A stretch of 64,000 nt of DNA, from contig JAQFVV010000005.1 in the NCBI GenBank assembly GCA_028023455.1, forward strand, positions 22,134,001 through 22,198,000, given 5' to 3'. Under the pieces are notes generated by a model. The model did not search any database and was not told the DNA's origin. It saw only the letters and a program-made list of their open reading frames with translations. The DNA is from Epiperipatus broadwayi. Its lineage: Eukaryota; Animalia; Onychophora. Position numbers and translations under genes: made by a program. Below, piece after piece: positions 39,471 to 51,944 of the stretch (position 1 is its first letter; every line of letters starts with the position of its first letter).

Positions 39471-39923
39471 CTGGAACTTGCATCGCTGCTTTTGGTCCCT
39501 ACTCTGAATATTTCTGTGGTTGACACAGAAATAGCGCCTCTTGCGGCCACATGGGGTGTAAGTCAAAAGTACCAATTTGATTATTTTTGTGTTAATTTGA
39601 TTGCCACAAAATTAAACTGTTCAAATGATATATAATTCATTAGTACTTTTCTTAGTAATAATTATCAAATGGTTTGTTTCTCAGTAGGTCACATGATGTT
39701 CGAACATCAAAGTGGATGGTAGAGCTTAAGCATAGGAACATTTAGTTCTCCAAGACATTCAATACTTTCATCCTTTTGCATTGCTTATATTGAATTTTTT
39801 TTATTGAAAAAATTGCTTCTTTATAGTTTCACAATGATATTTTTAAAACTGTATGCCAGTTTCAACAATCCAGTAACATTACTTCTTTATAGTTAAGCTA
39901 AAATACAGAGGGCACTAACATCT

Positions 39924-40163
39924 TCATGTGTTTAAAGACTGGAAAATAATTTTTAAGATACTACCATTTTTCCTATATCCACCAATCATCTGTCTTACTT
40001 TTTCAATCCCTGAACAGTTATATATGAAATGTTCCTGTGTTTCCTTATCCCTGTAATACAGCATACATAGGGGATCTATATTTAGGTAGAATCTTCTGTA
40101 TCTTATAAAATGAGTTGTTGGTAATGCTTTTAAATTGACTTTAATGATAAAATCTATCGACAT
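39924..40163 (-). mobile_element. Non-LTR retrotransposon C-terminal zinc-knuckle fragment
   Basis: LPT...RR..LNIDPLCMLYYRDKETQEHFIYNC resembles Cx2Cx7Hx4C with the second Cys lost. Confidence 0.6.
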
Positions 40164-40314
40164 TGTTAATCATACAATCATAGGTTTAAAATACCCTTAA
40201 GAATTAAAGCAAAATATCCACATGACGTAATATGATATAACTGACTTCTTAGATAAAGTCAGAAGTTTCTGTGCATAAAATGCCACATTATTAGAAATTA
40301 GCATATATATATAT

Positions 40315-43300
40315 TGTAACCATAAATTCTTGATGGCCAGCTAATGGCCACCGAAGGCCCCTGTAGTTGGGCAGCCAAAATTGTGACCGTAAATCTTCTC
40401 ATGGCCAACTATAGCCATCGAAGGCCATTGCCCTCTCAACTACCTATCGTGCCGAACTCGTTGCAGCACCAAAAATTGTAACCATTTGATTGTGTCCCAA
40501 CTACGTAATATCACCAAAACATAAGTGCACTAAGAATTGTAACCTTGATCACTGATCAACTCTCACTCAATTATTGTCAGCTATTAAAAGCTGTATCCAA
40601 AAACATATCATGCTATCTATTTAATGCACCAAAGACCACAATCAACATCTGGAGCAACTTACCATAGACCAAACTAATGATCTAACATAAACTTTTATGA
40701 TTTAATTTGATCGCAGCCAGGGTGTACCGCGAAGACCTATCATAGTAGTATGATAAAATACATTAAACAAATTATAAGTGCAATGTTATTACTTTTAAAC
40801 CTTAATTTGCGATTTTTATGGTATGAGACCCGATGGCCGACCATGTACAAGATGGCGTAATTTGTGGAACTACATAAGATTATGAAATTTTAAACCATCT
40901 ATATGATTTTTAATACGAATGCTAGTCCAGGTAAAGCTTTGCAATAAATAAATATAAATACTTGGGTTCTTTTTTTATAGTTTACTATATTATTGAGACT
41001 CTTATTATACTGACAAATGACAATTTAAAAACGTTAAGTAAATATATTCAATCATGTCATTATTTGGTAAATCTGTTTACAAGTTTAGTAATTAATTTAT
41101 AATTTTATACTAGAATCAACTACGCAAAGCCACAATGATGGAAAAGGTAAATGGGATTTTATTGTACCTTACTCATCATAAACTACCAAAGACGAAAAGC
41201 ATCCAAATGTTTTCTCAAAAAAATATTTATAAACTCTTATATCATGTTGACGATAATATGTAATTCAAGGTATGCTCTTCAATGTATGCTCTTTAATGTA
41301 TGCTCTATCCAAAGTTTATGATTTCTGATTTTATGAATGACACATAGCAACGGCACAGTAAGTTTAATTATAAATCAACTTTTATTGACAAATTTATGAA
41401 TAATAAGTAATTAATTCCAATGTTATAATTAAAGACATAAATAAACAAATAAAATAAATAAATGATAATTCCATTGACTTTCTTCAATAACATCTCATAG
41501 GTACAGTTTTAAAATCTAATCATACCTTATTTCAATCTAATATAATGAATATTGAGGAGATTATAAGAAATTCAGCATCAAACTCATGAAATATTGAACG
41601 TCATTTCCAGATTCAATAAATCCCTACTGTACACCTATAATAATATAATAAATAATATGATGTCTGTATGATTTAGCTATAATGTAATCATTAATTAAAG
41701 TGAAAATGTAAACTTACATTCCGGTAAATAATAATCAACCAACAGTTAATTATTATGAAGTACTTGAATAGAATGTCCTGCTACCATTTAATAATCTAAC
41801 CGATAAATTATGCTTACAAATGAAGAAGATGATTTAGCAGATTAACTAAAATACTTTGCCCAACTTATATCTGTGAAGCAAAACATATTCCTGTGGATGC
41901 ATTCATCTACACGTAGGAATTAAATCATACTAAACGTTTTGTGTATTTAAACACCATCATAAAGTAATACGTATAATCACACAATTCCGCGGATTAACCA
42001 CCGGCGCAGGAATGTGTGTAAAATACAAAAATGGCAATTAAAATAATCTGTGGATTAACCACCAGCACAGATTAAAGCCCTTTAACATTCTAAAACAACA
42101 TTATTATTTACTTCACATTAAAGTGCAAAATCATCCTCCTCAGTTCTTCTGACTATTCAGAATACACTAACACTTTAGCAAATGTGGGTTCTTGCATAAT
42201 AAAATGTTACGCTAATCAGGACAACTAATGTACTACTTATCTTGCTTAAAATAAACATGTGTAATATAATATAAGTAATATTGGCATAGGAATATAAATC
42301 TGGAAAGACTCACAAAATATCTCATAAAGATTGATACATCTCATGAATTCATTTCGTACTTTTCAAGCTTTTCGCAAGCGCTATTCTCTTGAATAAATAT
42401 TTTATTCAACCCCTATTAATTTAAACTTAATAAAATATAACTTATGAACTTCACATGCAAGTTCATATAACGATAAAATTAAACAATACATTATTCATCA
42501 AATACATAAAATTTAACGGTGTGTGTGTGATAAAACTAACTGTATAGCATTTTATAGTTCACTACATGAATTATAGCAGGTGTGTGTATCACAAATTGGA
42601 TTGTGTAGCATTTTATAATTCCAAATAGGATCCGTAGAATCCATGTACGATGCGTCGAACAATAAATATACGAAGCAATAGCTATATCTTTAGTTGAATT
42701 CCATACATGCAATTTTATCCGTTTGTATTTGTTATTATAATCACTATTAGATTACCGATTTTACGTGGCTACATAAACATGAAACAATTTTAAAACATGA
42801 TACGCAGAATTTAAATGAAAATGTTTTTCATAAAGTTATTAATCTCTACATTTCTCTATCAAAAGTGTTCCAAGTTTATCACATCCATGCAAGTATTTAT
42901 TTATCCACGCGTTAATCCAGGAATACTAATTACAGCAATTAATTTATTCATTTCAAACCGACGATAAAATTATAAAATAGCTTTGATTAATTATTTGAAA
43001 ACTGTTTATTATCCAAATGTTAAACAAATTAACTAGCAAATATTACTGGCATTGTAAAGTTAAATATCAATCAATATTATATTTTATTAGAATTAAAAAA
43101 CGGAAATATTAAAATATGTTGATAACTTAACATTTTACTTGAATTTAAACTTCTTCTTTTTTTAAAAAAACAATTTTTTATATTCATAAAAAATTCTGTA
43201 ATTAAAATACTTATTTAATTTTTCCAAATTGTAGAATAATAAACATTTTAAAACATACCAAATTCTTGCAATTGATTCTTTTAAACTTAAACTGGGAAGC

Positions 43301-43944
43301 TCCAACATTTTAAAAATGTAATATTTGGAAATTATTACCGGTGATTCGATCCACTTGGCCAGCCGACTTGAACAGACTTTTAAATTTAGCAATTCATCTT
43401 ATAATTAATTACCACTATGTTATATTTACGTTTATAGCAAATTTTGTGGTAATCCGTTTATTTATTAACTATTTTAAAATAAGCTTATCAAATTTACACC
43501 ATTTGCCTTTACCATTTTCTTTTCTTTCTCCCTCCAAAAGCAACTATCAGACAATCTTCTCTCTTAAATTCGCGCTCTTTTCTTTTTACATTGAGACGCA
43601 TACGTAATTACTGTATTTATTTTTAATAATTAATTTTAATTGAATAAATGGTTTTTTAATTCAATGGAAATAATAATTTAAGATCATTTTAAACAAATAA
43701 AAATAAAATATTATTTTTAATAATATTTTACCAGATTTTATGTGTTGTCAGATTTTTAAAAAGTTAAACATTTTGATGTGAGTTAGTATATGGGAAGAAG
43801 CAAATTTAAATTTATCAAAATAATATAAGAAAGTAATCTGTTCAAAGTGCAGCTCAAGCCAATCAAATCACCAAAAGAAGAAAGAAAATTTTTTTATATT
43901 AGTTACATCAATTATTATATTTTACACTAAAATATATGGTTACA
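40315..43944. mobile_element. About 3.6-kb TG...CA element with terminal inverted repeats in ATAT context (Ginger-like non-autonomous element or long solo LTR)
   Basis: atat|TGTAACCATAAATTCTTG versus right-end reverse complement TGTAACCATATATTTTAG (10/10, then 15/18), followed by |atat; subterminal TTGT(A/G)ACC repeats. Confidence 0.7.
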
Positions 43945-44085
43945 ATATATAATAACGATATTTATTTTCCTCACAGTTCTATTTAGGCATCAATAAAATA
44001 TGGGCACCAGATGACAGTACAGTCAATTCTTGCATTTTCGTTTGGCAGATAACTAGTTAGATGACAAACAATAAGCCAGACGGTA

Positions 44086-44221
44086 GTCAAGCATTGGTAG
44101 CCGAGAGGTCAGCACAGCTGCCTTTCGAAAGGTCAGCACAGCCACCCTGCAAACAAGCAGTTGCTTGCAGACAGTTGTTGTGGGTTCACTTTCCAGCCGA
44201 TGCTTTGACATATGGAAAAAA
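44086..44221 (+). mobile_element. tRNA-Gly-derived SINE, long subfamily, with internal duplication
   Basis: GTCAAGCATTGG...TTTGACATATGG(A)n; TSD AAGCCAGA(C/T)GG(C)TA; aggtcagcacagc duplicated. Confidence 0.88.
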
Positions 44222-45243
44222 AAGCCAGATGGCTATTGCTAGACCAAAAATTGTATCACTCAAAATTTTAAATGGAAGGTTTTTATTTTAATATTTAAAA
44301 TAAAATACTCTAAAGTTTTAAACCCTAATATGAATCTGTCCAGCTTTAAAAATCTAAAATAACTCTGATTAAAATTTTTTAGTAAAAGTATGTGTTTATA
44401 TATCATATGGAGTTAATTTTTTCAAAGTTAAGAACTGCAGTACAATTTTTATATGATTACTTATTTATATGCTGTTTGAAATCTCATTAAAATTCAATTC
44501 AAAGGACCATTGCAACAGTACACGATTTATGCCTATGTCATTCTAATTTGACCTCTGATTTTATATAAATAAATTATTAAATTGTTAATTGTTTTGATTT
44601 TTTTAAATTTCTCTTATAATTTATGTTTATGAGATGATTCCAACTATTTTATTTATATGCAAATGAAATGAATTTTTAAATTTCGAAAATAAGGAGCAGC
44701 ATTATAAAATCAAGTTTATAAATATTTAGTGTATAAAGAGGGATGCCTTTAGCATTACAATTTTAAAGGATTAACATTTATTTACAATGCTGAGCCAATC
44801 AAAAGTACTCTCCCTGGGCGAATCATGGCTTAATAGTACTGTGAAGATAGTTATTGCAATAATAAGATTTTAATAACTCATATTTAACTCCTACTTATAT
44901 GATAAGTGAACTGCTGAAGATCAGTTTATTGACTTTTCCTAGCAATGGAGTTGTGGTAAGCCAAAAGAAAAAAAATATCCCTAATCAGTGCTCATTTTTT
45001 ATTGGTTTCCAAGCAACTCTAGAATAAGCACTGAATAATTGGTTGGGAAATAGACTAAGACTTCTGGGAATGGATACCAAAATCAAGCATTAAAAAAATA
45101 AGTTATCATCAACAATTTATTCATATTTCTGTTTACCTCTTAATTTCAAAGAATTTCTTAGATCAACACAATATCACATAATCTTCAGCACTGGTGATAT
45201 TCTATGGCTTCATCTAACTCTTGTATGAACAATAAGAAATATT

Positions 45244-45285
45244 GGTAGTCTTTTGATAGCTGGTCACAGCTATCAAAAGACTACC
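45244..45285. mobile_element. 42-bp perfect hairpin mini-element with 8-bp TSD
   Basis: GGTAGTCTTTTGATAGCTG-GTCA-CAGCTATCAAAAGACTACC flanked by GAAATATT (45236-43 / 45286-93). Confidence 0.8.
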
Positions 45286-46619
45286 GAAATATTTTAAAAA
45301 GTAAGTTTGTTTACTCCAAACAGTCATCTGGAGTCAGGATTGTGACTCTTGTAACATTGTTAGATGATCTATTGAAAAGCAGGTTTATTAATCCCCAAAA
45401 GTCTCAATGGACACTTTTAAGAAGCTGTTAGATAACTGGTCCTCAAGAGGTAATAATTTATAATTGCTTTCAATAATTGGCTGAAAAGCAGAATTGTTTA
45501 CTCCAAAAGTTTTCTCCACAATAAGACAACTAAATCATCATCATTAATCATATTTAATTGTTGGCATGGAAAATCTGTTAGTGGATATTGTAATCAATCA
45601 TTAAGAAAAACACATCATATTAACAATATTTTTACATCACTTTTCATTTATAACTTAAGAGTATATTGTGTGTTCAAAGATGGATTGATATAATCTAGTA
45701 ATAGAATAATTTTTTTTAAAAATCATTTCGTCTTTGCATTTTTAAAAATGTTTTTATGACATTTCCCACTGTCTAGAAGTCCTCTTTAGAATTGTATTAT
45801 ATCTTTATTGTTTTTACATGATCAGGTACAATGGCTTGGATTCAAAACCTAGGGTTTTTTTAATTTGAAGTTTTTAGCTTGATAGTAAAAAAGGAATTAA
45901 AGATGTTACATGATGCCTGATTGCATTGTTTCTATTTTTGAATTACATTTTAATTAATAAAGCTTTGTCTGAAACTGATTTTGTAGTGATAAGGATTAAA
46001 GTAAATTATCATCTTCTAATTAATGATTACTCAAACTACAGTAGAGGGGAACAGAGTAGAAAATTATTTGGTTTTTATTTTAAAAAAGTATTGCTTAGAA
46101 TTATCTCACTTAAGAAATTTGGGTACATGATCCAATTTTCAAAGATTTCATCTCAGTGTAAGGTCTTTCCACCATTCACTTCTAATTGAGAAAGTGGCAC
46201 ACCTATAAGTCTTAACTAAATTTTAAAAGATGTAAAAGTTAGAGACAAAGAGTGAGCTGTTGGACATCTTTCCACTTAAGATTGATTTTAACGAAATGAA
46301 CAATAGCATAATATTTAGCAAGCTTATAACTTATATGTATACTGTCTCCTAATGAGCAATGGGTCCTTCAAATTACTTCCATCTCTGAAAACTTTCTGTT
46401 AATTGCTCACATCAAACTATTCTACATCTTTTGTGCTCGTATGATCATATTTTAACACAATTTCCAGAGTGGTAGTACATACTAATGACATGGTTTTAGT
46501 GGAAGAATTTTATCAATTATGTAAGTGAAAACTGTATTTTAGATTTCACTCATTTGATTGCCTTTTCTTTGAGTTTAAACAATTTGATCATTTGTCTATG
46601 TATGTTATGAAAGAGAAAT

Positions 46620-47900
46620 CTTTTTTATTTTATTGTACTGTACTTCAGAAAAGATTTCAGGGAATTCCTGTGAGTATCACTGGCTAAATATAACAATTTG
46701 CAATATTGTTTAATGGGTTCAAGCTAGGTCAGCTATGTTGGATTTGCAGAAGTTATATGTGAATAAATCTCACCTTTGAATTCTAATTCTCACAAGTGAG
46801 ATTAAAATTCAAAACTAATTTGGGAATAGGAATATTATAGTACCATGCCATCTGGTATCCACTGATAACTCAAAGTTATAGTAGATGGCTCTACAGTAGT
46901 GACGGAAATTACTTTTAGAAGCATATGAGTAAGAATATAAAAAAATCATGTGATCTTGTTGTTGTTATTAATTTTCTTGGTCAAAGGTTAGAGGGACCTA
47001 CAGATGACATAAAACAATTTCTAAAATATATAGAAACTATCATACTTTCAGATCTATATAACTATGCAAGTTTGTTGGTTTGGATTCAAAATTTTAGTTT
47101 TTTAAAACATTTTCAGACTGTTGACTTGAATAGCATAAAGAAGTAAAAGGGGTTTGATGTGAATTATTACTCCAAGCTTTGAATGTCAATTCACACTGAA
47201 AAAAATAAAAACCAGAAACCAGTCTGGAGGGGAAAAATATAGCACTATGCTTTGCTATGTTTTATGGAAGAGAAATTCTTATGTTTACTGTCCCCCAAAA
47301 GAATTTTTGGGAATTCCTGTGAGAGCTACTCATTATACATAATATAGCAATTAACATTATTACTCTTACTAAGTCAGTTATATTGAACTTGTAGAAGCTC
47401 TATAAATGACAAAATACCAGTTTTGAATTTTAGTTTTCGCTAATGGAGATAAAAGCTATGAATTAGTCTGAGGATAGGATATTATAGCACTGTATCAGAT
47501 AGTATCCTTTGCTACTCAATCTTTTAGTAGATGTTTTTAAAATAAGATGAAGAAAAGTGCTCGTAAAAGCATATGAAAAAGTCACGTGATAAAGTTATTG
47601 GTATTCTTTTTTTTTAGCCAAAAGGTAAAAGAGTCTCTTGTTGACAAAAATCTTAAATCTCTAAAATATATAGAAATTAACCATATTATATAGCCATGCA
47701 AATTTGTTAGTTTAGGTTTAGAACTTTAGAATTATTTTTTTTAGTTTGAGATTTGAATAATGTAAAGGAGTAAAATATGGCAGCTAGATGCATGAGTGCA
47801 TTAGTTCCAGCCTTGAATTCTAGATTTCACATGAATATAAAAACTAAAAACCAATCTTGGGAACTCAAGCTCCCAATAGATAGCTCTAGAGGAGATAGAA
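46620..47900 (+). repeat. Two tandem family G units of about 650 bp
   Basis: gggaattcctgtgag near 46658 and 47309; parallel blocks ending in decayed hammerheads (cactgaaaaaaataaaaaccagaaaccagtctgg near 47195-47226; near 47826-47861). Confidence 0.7.
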
Positions 47901-48859
47901 GTTATTTGGTGATAAATTGAGTGATCAACTTGTTGGTTTTGATTGTTCTTCTGTTATTGTGTACATGTTCCTGATTTATATCAGATTGGAAGTGATATTT
48001 ATGACATTATAAGCGTAATTTATTAAAGAGTGCTTAATTTGCAGTACAATAAATTTTCTACATATACATATCATTGAGTAACTTTTATTAGATCTTATAA
48101 AACACAAATCTTTTGGTATTATGGTAATTAGAATAGCTGAACTAGATCAATAATCTTATAGATTTAATATCATTCTTCAGAATGTCTGTTGTTCTCTTTA
48201 AGTGACCACAGGTGAAATTAGTACATTTCATTTTTAATAAATGAAGTTATAATTGTTTATGAAGAATTTTATCCAATAAGCATAAAGTTCTATTTGTAAT
48301 TATACACTGTGTATTCCAGAGAAAAGATGACTCGTTTTTTCTCCAAGCTGTCTGAAACATCATCTCTGAATCTATGCTTGCATTTCATAGCACTTAGTTG
48401 AACTAGTCATTACAAAAATTTTAAAATGTTAATATGTCTGAATTATGAGTTATAATGTGATCACAATGAGTTTTGTATCTTAACCCACAATGAAGTAACA
48501 CTCTAATATTACATTTTGTTTTAAATTGGGCAAATCAGCTTTAGAAATATTCAAAATGATTCGAACTGTGTATAGGAGTGATTAAGACATGTTATGGTTT
48601 TAATATATTTTGTAGTGAATAGATAAATTATGTCACTGTGAAATATGTATATTCAGGGATACCACTGTAAGCAATTAATCATATTTTTATTGGAACACAA
48701 ATGCCGGATTATTTCCTTGTTAAATTTTTTTTTTTTTTAGAAAAATTCAAAGTTTATATTTTTCCAAATACATTTAAATGTAATAACATGCAGGTTAGCA
48801 AAAACTAGAATGTTTCAAATAATATTCTCCGCTTTTCTTCAGATGCTCTAAACTGATGA

Positions 48860-49200
48860 CTGACAACGCTAGCATGGAAATTGAACCAATAGTCTTTAGA
48901 CTCAACAATTCTAAATTTAAGATAATTCCCTAAACTAATCTCCCAAAGATAACACTCTGTATAAATTTAAACATCTCTCCATAAAAGCACTTTTGATTTC
49001 TCTATTTTCTTTGAAGATCAAAATTAATAAGTGCTTTCAAATCATTATGTATTTCTCATACTAGATTTGATTTACAGGAGTTATTTGTTTTTTATAATGT
49101 GAGCTGCTTCTTTAAATTGCTCATCTCCCCCTTTCGGTCAATACTTGCATTTTACGATCAAACATAAGTTCATTGGAATATGCATGGTCGTCTATTTTAA
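48860..49200 (-). mobile_element. Penelope-like element, end of the GIY-YIG endonuclease region, decayed
   Basis: DHAYSNELMFD...QVL...QFKEAAHII; shares tagcatggaaattga with 55822. Confidence 0.55.
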
Positions 49201-49389
49201 ATCCATCTGTCTTTTCTTTTCTTTTTAATGTTTTTTTTTAATCGATATCCTTCCACATTCGCATTAATAAAGTTAACTTTTCTAAAAATATTTCAAATAG
49301 ATAATGGAAGTAGTCCAAATAAAATGCCATCATTTCTAATCTTCTCACAAACCAGCAGTAAAATTCATCTTTTCACTTCCAAGTATATG

Positions 49390-50130
49390 TATAAGGGACT
49401 CGAACTCAGACTTTCACATGACCATCAACTCCCCATGCCATCTCATATTGCTGATCCACCTGATCATACACATGTTGAGAAGATAAATAATCACCAATAT
49501 ACATATTTCATGCTAAACCAGCAGTCATCAATTGGTCCAGATTACTTTCTCCACACATATATACAATCAGTGCTCAGCTTTATATTAAAATAGCCAATCT
49601 TCAAACTTTAATGGACAAGCTTCAAACTACTCCAACCCACAACTCTTCAGCCATCCATTTCATTGAAAATCTGATGATGGAAGGTTCAAAGCCCTCGTTA
49701 GTGCCAAGGTTGTCATGAGGAGTCAGAATGACTAAATGGTCAACATGGGTAGGATGACAACCTTGGCACTAACGAGGGCTTTGAACGTTCCATCATCAGA
49801 TTTTCAATGAAAATGGATGGCTGACGAGTTGTGGTTTGGAGTAGTTTGAAGCCTGTCCATTAAAGTTTGAAGATTGTCTATTTAATATAAAGCTGAGCAC
49901 TGATTGTATATATGTGTGGAGATAGTAATCTGGACAAACTGATGATTGCTGGTTTAGCATGAAATACGCGTATTGGCGATTATTTATCTTTTCAACATGT
50001 GTATGATCAAGTGGGTCAGCAATATGAGATGGCATAGAGAGTTGAGGGTCGTGTGAAATTCTGAGCTCGAATCCCTTATATATTACATTACATATGTGCA
50101 GGTGTGTGTAAGCCTGCACAATGTATTAAT
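49390..50130. mobile_element. Fold-back element (family E): about 330-bp inverted arms, 37-bp spacer
   Basis: Arms 49390-49716 and 49754-50083; flanked by 13-bp direct repeat TTCCAAGTATATG (49377-89 / 50131-43). Confidence 0.85.
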
Positions 50131-51300
50131 TTCCAAGTATATGGTGATATAATGGATGACGTAAATTAAAGCTATTTTATTATGGAATACATATTTATGT
50201 GTGCATATATATGTATGCAAGCAATAGCAATATTCAAATTAATAAACTTTATCGTATAAGTTTAACATTTGCATATGTAGAATAATATTTTAACCCTTAT
50301 TTGAATAAATTTTATTTATAAACAAGTACATAAACTATTACATTTAATATTTCATCTTTTTTTTTTTAAACCAATGAAAACGGGGTGAAGTTTTGAATGC
50401 TTTGGAATCTTGTTGGTCCACTCTAAACTACATATTATATTGTATAAAAATTTTTTAAAAAAAAATTAAAATATAATTGAATTCATTGTGCAACCTTCTA
50501 TGTCATTTTAATGTTTCTCATAGTCGACAACACCGACCGGTTTGTCCAGGCGGGTTAAACTCTGTTCTGTATAAGGAGTATCACTGGCAAACTCTCAAGA
50601 GGATCTGCGTTCACCAGGCGTAACGTCTGAGATATTTTACAGCTAAGGTCAAAATGAAGGGCAAAAAAATTATACATGGTTATAGGTTAATAAAAAAAAT
50701 TAGGCGTTTAAAATTTAAAATAAACCGTTGATATCATTTAATGAAAATTAAAAAATTTGAATTACGTTTATTTTGAAACCTTTTTTTAAAATGGTTAGAT
50801 TACTTTTTAAAAGATTCTAGGCATTAAAAACTAGAGGTTAAAGAACTTTTCTGAGAAGGATATATATCTTTTGATCTCTTTCCATATATAAATTAATGCC
50901 ATTCGTAAATTGAAATGCCGTTCTATTATTGAAAAAAAAAAAAACATAAAGAGACAAACAAAATGAAAAGTTTGGAATGAGTTTGGCAGTAATTAAACAA
51001 CCCGTGAGTCACAAATAAACGAGTTCATAAAAAGTTCCAGCACCGGAAGTAGCAGAAAAGGGTCCTCGATCCATAAACCAAAACCATCTTCCAATAAAAA
51101 TAATTTCAATATTGCATTTTTTTTATCTGTCTTTGAATTTTATATTTAGGATCTGCTTTTTTTTAGGTAAATCATATTCAAATTCATCATAAAATATTAT
51201 TTTAGCCCTTCTGTTATTATTTACTCACTTTGATTACCCAATTAAATAAAAATACGTCCCTGCAATACTAGATTAATTTCATCATCATCATGTATAGTAA

Positions 51301-51500
51301 GAAGGGTCTTGTGGTGCAGAAGTAATGCATTCGCCTGCAATGTCTTTGATCTGGGGTTTGAATCCCTGGTTAAGTGAAATAGTTCTCAAAAAGCTTAGGA
51401 TTTTTCTCTCAAGTAGCTGGCAATAGCAAACCCAGCTAACTACCCAGCATTAGTCAGTAAATGGGTCACAACCCAACTTTTAAAAATCCCTGATGAGTAC
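51301..51500 (+). mobile_element. Older tRNA-headed SINE (second family)
   Basis: GTGGTGCAGAAGTAA...GGGTTTGAATCCC box A/B-like head followed by a cccagc...gtaaatgggtc body; head shared with 61175-61255. Confidence 0.55.
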
Positions 51501-51607
51501 TATCTTCCTTATTGTTTCTCTATGAAAGACTGTCAGAGAGAACTTTACCGTACAACGGACTATTTATAATACTCCTGCCATTTTCTTGTAGAACTTGAGT
51601 TTATTAT

Positions 51608-51713
51608 GTAATATTTACTAAGGCTGTAACCTTAGGAATAAGCGTCTGAAAAATTCGAAGATAGGGACCTCTACAGATCTTAGCCACAAGCTTACGCTTG
51701 GAAGAAAAGAGGG
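51608..51713 (+). repeat. Diverged single-arm copy of family D
   Basis: gtaatatttactaaggctgtaacc...gggacctctacag...ccacaagcttacgct.ggaagaaaagaggg; same right boundary as 24963. Confidence 0.75.
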
Positions 51714-51831
51714 CAATGTGAATCAACAAAAGCTATAATACATAAGCCGATATTTAGATTAATTATCTAAAGGTAGATTTTAATAAAATAATAAATAAAT
51801 TTGTATTAATTCAGATAATAATTTAAAGTTT

Positions 51832-51944
51832 GTCAAGCGTTGTTAGCCGAGAGGTCAGCGCAGCTGCCCTGCGAGCAAGCAGTTGGTTGCAGACGGTTGT
51901 TGTGGGTTCGCCTCCCGGCCGATGCTATGGCATATGGGGGAAAA
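51832..51944 (+). mobile_element. tRNA-Gly-derived SINE, long subfamily
   Basis: GTCAAGCGTTG head, GGGTTCGCCTCCC box B, CATATGG-G/A tail, TSD AATAATT(T)AAAGTTT. Confidence 0.88.

Noticed and set aside
48853-48892. Hammerhead-like CTGATGA...GAAA at the Penelope fragment end (also near 55805, 36920)
   Set aside because: Helices II and III not formable, and antisense to the endonuclease ORF
49228-50119. Paired ORFs 49228-49593 (+) and 49796-50119 (-), with a homologue at 62023
   Set aside because: Mirror images produced by the fold-back repeat; no known domain, and frames are not conserved in the 12005 copy
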